NCBI GenBank assembly: GCA_029258885.1
Contig: JAPDJW010000003.1
Coordinates: forward strand, 117,044 to 181,043
Reading direction: 5' to 3'
DNA: 64,000 bases
Source of the DNA: Thermoproteota archaeon
GTDB lineage: Archaea > Thermoproteota > Thermoprotei > Thermofilales > B9-G17
Of the stretch, positions 59,870 through 64,000 are shown piece by piece; position 1 is the stretch's first letter, and each line of letters begins with the position of its first letter. A program made the position numbers and the translations under genes. The notes beneath the pieces are model-generated. The model saw only the letters and a list, made by a program, of their open reading frames with translations, was not told the origin of the DNA and searched no databases.

Positions 59870-62779
59870 ATGGGGGGTATTTTGGTAAAAACACTTATTG
59901 AAAGCGTTAGGTTTCCTATAGGTATTGTTAATAAGGCTTCTGCAAAGGAGAAAGGTGGTGGGGGAAGACCACCCTACTGGGAGATGATTTTCTGGTGGAC
60001 TAGAAAGCCGCTAGCTGGGGCAAGAGCGGTAATAGCTGGTTCTCTACTACCCGAGGACACCAATGTGGCGAACTTCATTAGCTGGCTTAGGTTAAACTCG
60101 GATAAAACTCCACATAGGCTTAATCCAAACCTACCCGAGGATATTAGAAACAAGTTTAAGAAGGTAAGGTTGCTTGATCCATTTGCTGGCTTTGGCTCAA
60201 TACCCTTGGAGGCAATTAGATTAGGCGTAGGTGAGGTTGTAGCGGTAGAGTTCCTTCCGACAGCCTACATATTCCTTAAGGCAATACTCGAGTACCCGAA
60301 GAAATACGGGATAAAGCTGAAGATGGATGTTGAAAAATGGGGCAAATGGATAACTGAAAAGCTTAGAGAAGACCCTGACATAAGAGAGCTGTACGACCAG
60401 GACGTAGCAGTCTACATCGGGACATGGGAGGTCAAATGCCCTGTCTGCAACAGATACACACCACTAGTCGGAAACTGGTGGCTAGCCCGAGTCAAAGGCA
60501 AAAAATACGCCTACATGAAGCCCAAGCCAGAAAAAGACAGAGTAAACATAGAAATAATAGAGGGAGAAAGAGAGGGCACACCATCACCGAACGTCAGAGG
60601 AAGACCAGAACTGGCGGAATGCCTACTCTGTGGGAGCAGAATAACATACATAGACCCACAAACAGGCAGAACCTACAGATCCAGAAGCGAAGCATCAAGT
60701 AAAACAGTAAAAGGAAGATTAGAGTTCTACCCAAAATACTCCATAAGGGAATGGAACCAGAAGCTAGAGGAATACCTAGAGGGAAGAATAAGCCTAGAAG
60801 AGCTGAAAAACGTCAAGGCAAGACCAAGACTACTAGTCAAAGTGAAGATAGCTGGAAAAGACCTAAAATTCGAACCAGCAACTGAAGAGGACAATAAGAA
60901 GCTATGGAAAGCACTAGAAAAACTAAAGCAAATATGGAGAGACCCAGACATACCAACAGAACCTATACCTCCCTATGGAAATATAGGAGGAGGACTAAGA
61001 TTTCCTGTATATACTATAAATAAATGGTATCAGTTCTTTAACTCTCGTCAGCTCCTAACCCTAGTCAAGCTTGTTAAGCTAATTCGTGAAGCTGGCAAGA
61101 AGGTTGAGGAGGAGAAGCTTAGGGAGGGATTGAGCAAAGAGGAAGCATTCAAGTACGCAGAAGCAATAACAACATACCTAACAATAGCACTAGTAAGATT
61201 AGTGAATTTCAATTCATTAGTCACGACGTGGTATTCGGGTTCACTATTAACAAATAAGGTTCAGTCGTCTTTATCATTTAGAGGTCTAGCAATGACTTGG
61301 AATTGGTGCGATACAAATGCTCTATATGAAGAAGATAACCAGTACTCCATTAAAGGTAATATTAATTCTGTTATTAGAGCATTAACCTACCTTGTTTCTG
61401 GTGTTTCTGGTAGTTCTAGTAGGGTTAAGGTTTTGCTTGATGATGCTACTGTGCTTAGTAAGCTTGGTGATGAGAAGTTCGATATTATTGTTACTGACCC
61501 GCCTTATCGTGATGATGTAGCTTATGCGGAGCTTAGCGACTTTTATTATGTGTGGCTTAAGAGAGCTTTGAGCGACAATGGTTTGATGTCTAAGTTTTAT
61601 GCTGATGCTCTGGTTTATAGTGCTCAGTGGGAGTCTTTTGCTTTGAACGAGGTTAGCTGTAATGAAGGTAGGTTGAGGTACTTCGGTGTCAGGGAGACGG
61701 AGGATTACTATGTGAGGCTTATGGGCTTGGCTTTTAGCAGGATGTCGGAGTTGCTGAAGGATGATGGTTTGGTTGTGACTTATTTTGCTCATTCTAGTCC
61801 TGGGGCTTGGGTTGAGCTTATTGAGGCTGGTTGGAGGAGGGCTAGGTTAAGAGTTACTAGAGCTTGGAGTTTCGCCACCGAGTTGGCTCAGAGGGTTACT
61901 TCTAGGGGTAAGACTGCTTTGGAGTCTAGTATTGTTGTTGTTTGGCGTAAGAGAATTGAGGGGAAGGCTAGTGATTTTAGGGATGTTTATGTAGAGGCTT
62001 TGGAGGGTGCTAGGAGGGCTAGGGAGGTTGCGTTTAACTCAGGTCTTTCTGGTAGTGACTTGTTTTTGGCTACGATGATCGGTGCATTGTCGGCTTTTAC
62101 GTCCTATGATAGGGTGTTGAAGTTTGGTAGGGAGCTCTCCTCGAGGGATGTTGTTAAGGAATCTTATGCTATTGCTACTAGGGTTATTGCGGATGCTACT
62201 GAGACTATTAGGTCTCCTGAGGCGCTGTTTTATCTGGCTACTAAAGCTGTCTATAGGGTTTATAGTAGGCCTGAGGGTCAGCTTACCTTAGAGGGTGTTT
62301 CTGTGGAGCCTGTTGTTCTCTCTAGTCAGGATGTGATAATTCTCTCCTATGGTTTCTTAAAGGAGAGCGATGAAGATGTGAAGAGGGAGGGTGTTAGGAT
62401 GTTCTTGAATGCTAATGTTATAGGCGAATTTAAGGAGTCTGGTGGTGCTAAGGTGGCTAAGCAGAAGATGTTTGTGCTGTTGGAGCCTCTGGATCCTTCT
62501 TTGAAGGGTGTTAAGGATGTTCTTGGTAGGAGGAATGTTAATCCGATAAAGCTGGAGGCTGTTAGGAGGCCTTTGAATTCCGTTGATGTCCTTCATCTTC
62601 TTGAGTATTATGCTAAGCAGGGGAGAAGCGAGTTTGATGCGGCCTATAGGGCGCTCTACGATAGGTGTCCTGGGCTCGTTAGGGAGGCTGTTGAGATGGC
62701 TAGGGTGATAAGTAGGTTTACGAATGATCCGGAGGGGGAGTTGGCTAGGCTTTGTGTAGAGTATGTTGAGGGTAGGTGA
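59870..62779 (+). CDS. DUF1156 adenine-specific DNA methylase with Zn ribbon
   Basis: FWWTRKPL, DPFAGFGSIP, CPVC/CLLC, TDPPY and YFAH. Confidence 0.9.
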   Translation: MGGILVKTLIESVRFPIGIVNKASAKEKGGGGRPPYWEMIFWWTRKPLAGARAVIAGSLLPEDTNVANFISWLRLNSDKTPHRLNPNLPEDIRNKFKKVRLLDPFAGFGSIPLEAIRLGVGEVVAVEFLPTAYIFLKAILEYPKKYGIKLKMDVEKWGKWITEKLREDPDIRELYDQDVAVYIGTWEVKCPVCNRYTPLVGNWWLARVKGKKYAYMKPKPEKDRVNIEIIEGEREGTPSPNVRGRPELAECLLCGSRITYIDPQTGRTYRSRSEASSKTVKGRLEFYPKYSIREWNQKLEEYLEGRISLEELKNVKARPRLLVKVKIAGKDLKFEPATEEDNKKLWKALEKLKQIWRDPDIPTEPIPPYGNIGGGLRFPVYTINKWYQFFNSRQLLTLVKLVKLIREAGKKVEEEKLREGLSKEEAFKYAEAITTYLTIALVRLVNFNSLVTTWYSGSLLTNKVQSSLSFRGLAMTWNWCDTNALYEEDNQYSIKGNINSVIRALTYLVSGVSGSSSRVKVLLDDATVLSKLGDEKFDIIVTDPPYRDDVAYAELSDFYYVWLKRALSDNGLMSKFYADALVYSAQWESFALNEVSCNEGRLRYFGVRETEDYYVRLMGLAFSRMSELLKDDGLVVTYFAHSSPGAWVELIEAGWRRARLRVTRAWSFATELAQRVTSRGKTALESSIVVVWRKRIEGKASDFRDVYVEALEGARRAREVAFNSGLSGSDLFLATMIGALSAFTSYDRVLKFGRELSSRDVVKESYAIATRVIADATETIRSPEALFYLATKAVYRVYSRPEGQLTLEGVSVEPVVLSSQDVIILSYGFLKESDEDVKREGVRMFLNANVIGEFKESGGAKVAKQKMFVLLEPLDPSLKGVKDVLGRRNVNPIKLEAVRRPLNSVDVLHLLEYYAKQGRSEFDAAYRALYDRCPGLVREAVEMARVISRFTNDPEGELARLCVEYVEGR

Positions 62780-62784
62780 TTTTG

Positions 62785-64000
62785 ATGGATGTACGTAGTC
62801 TGCGTATTAGGGAGGAGGTTAAGGATTTAAGGTATGAGCCTGCCGTAGACTTGGGGGATGTAGTTAAAGGTTTGGCTCCACCGTTTATACAGGATCCTGT
62901 GGCGTTTTTTGAGAGGACTCATCTTACTGAGAGTATGAGGGCATTGATTGTAAAGACTTTCATGAACTTGATGGGGGTTAGGAGTGCTGTTGTCGGCGGC
63001 AGGAGGTATGAGGTTAGCAGTAACTTGATTCTTCTGCCTTCGGATCTCGGCGGCGGTAAGACTCATACGCTGATTCTCCTTTACCATATATTTAAGTTGA
63101 TTAGGGAGTCTGAGGATCTCGGGGATGTTGTTAGAAAGCTTAGGATATTGGATGCCGATATAGCTGGCTTTGTGGCGGAGAATTGGGAGAGTATTAAGAG
63201 GTCTTTCCGAAGGGTTATTGTCGTTGACTGTAAGTATGTTATGTTTGCTCCCAGCCCTGTTAAGCCCATTGAGATAGGTGGTAGGAGTATAAAGACTCTG
63301 TGGGGCTATCTGGGACACATGCTGGGTAGATATGATGTTGTGAAGGCTGCCGATGAGAGGGAGATGGCTCCTTATCATGACGACGTGTTTAGAATGCTTA
63401 ATGAAAGTGGGGCTTTGATTCTTATAGATGAGATAGGTAGGTATTATGATCAGAGTGGCTTAGAGCCTACTAGGATCTCTACCTTTCTGATGAATTTGGC
63501 TGAAGCCATGAGTAAGTATATGGTTAGGGAGGTTGCTGTAGTTGTTTCGGTGCCCTACGAGATTAGGGAGGGGAGGGTGGAGGCTAAGGCGGGCATGGTG
63601 TATGTGCATCCACCGGAGTTGATTAAGGCTATTAACGAGGTTTTAAGTAGGCCTAAGGTGGAGATAATAAAGCCTGTTGGGAGGCAGGATTTATCCGATA
63701 TTCTTAGGAAGAGGATTTTCGCTCACGGCAAGGAGGAGTTTGAGAGGTTTCTAGGAGAGTATATGGATCGTGAACTTAGTAGGGAGTATCCGACTCAGGT
63801 TAGGAGGGTTCTCGACGATAGAGGGTTCTGGAGGGAGGTTAGGGAGACTTATCCGTTTCATCCGATGTTTCTTGAGGTTTTGGAGAGATTGGCGTATAAG
63901 TTGCCTTATCTTCAGAGGACGAGGGATGCGATTAAGATAGCTGTTCAGACGGTGTTGGCGTTAAAGGAGGGGTTGTTCGACTGGCTTGAGGACGAGATTG
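62785..64000 (+). CDS. DUF499 AAA+ ATPase, 3'-partial (missing from the ORF track)
   Basis: Open to the window end; Walker A DLGGGKTH, Walker B LILIDE, LRKRIF and YPFHP. Confidence 0.88.
   Translation, partial: MDVRSLRIREEVKDLRYEPAVDLGDVVKGLAPPFIQDPVAFFERTHLTESMRALIVKTFMNLMGVRSAVVGGRRYEVSSNLILLPSDLGGGKTHTLILLYHIFKLIRESEDLGDVVRKLRILDADIAGFVAENWESIKRSFRRVIVVDCKYVMFAPSPVKPIEIGGRSIKTLWGYLGHMLGRYDVVKAADEREMAPYHDDVFRMLNESGALILIDEIGRYYDQSGLEPTRISTFLMNLAEAMSKYMVREVAVVVSVPYEIREGRVEAKAGMVYVHPPELIKAINEVLSRPKVEIIKPVGRQDLSDILRKRIFAHGKEEFERFLGEYMDRELSREYPTQVRRVLDDRGFWREVRETYPFHPMFLEVLERLAYKLPYLQRTRDAIKIAVQTVLALKEGLFDWLEDEI

Noticed and set aside
1-64000. CRISPR array, rRNA or full tRNA genes
   Set aside because: I saw no regularly spaced 24-40-bp repeats and no rRNA-like or cloverleaf sequence by eye; a tRNAscan/CRISPR-finder run would be needed to exclude them formally.

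Overview
Archaeal chromosomal segment, probably from a thermophile (TrmB, TldD/PmbA, many VapBC modules, a C/D-box sRNA, GGAGG/GGTGA RBSs). It may be a MAG. About 1-38 kb is accessory metabolic and surface DNA. It holds 8 toxin-antitoxin-type loci or remnants, a frameshifted molybdopterin oxidoreductase, tldD/pmbA, a TrmB-glycoside hydrolase-glucosylglycerate-synthase-like operon divergent from a sugar ABC importer, several large C-terminally anchored surface proteins, two DNRLRE/Ig-repeat/CFI-box paralogs (the second 5'-truncated), and an unannotated C/D-box guide RNA predicted to target C34 of tRNA-Leu(CAA). About 38-64 kb is a defence island. It contains an N-terminally hydrophobic DEDDh exonuclease-RecQ fusion, an ISH4-group IS1595 element, two THPPY methyltransferases with a DpnII-type endonuclease and a candidate second endonuclease, a decayed PLD nuclease, a NucS-like DUF4268 protein, and a DUF1156 methylase-DUF499 ATPase system running off the right edge. 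The best candidate for a new system is 54241-59577: a translationally coupled operon of a 2-TM effector, the N-terminal half of a split Argonaute with a Cys-rich PAZ-position segment, and a catalytically dead MID-PIWI Argonaute, followed by an MBL-fold hydrolase. All family calls are motif recognition by eye; no database searches were run.
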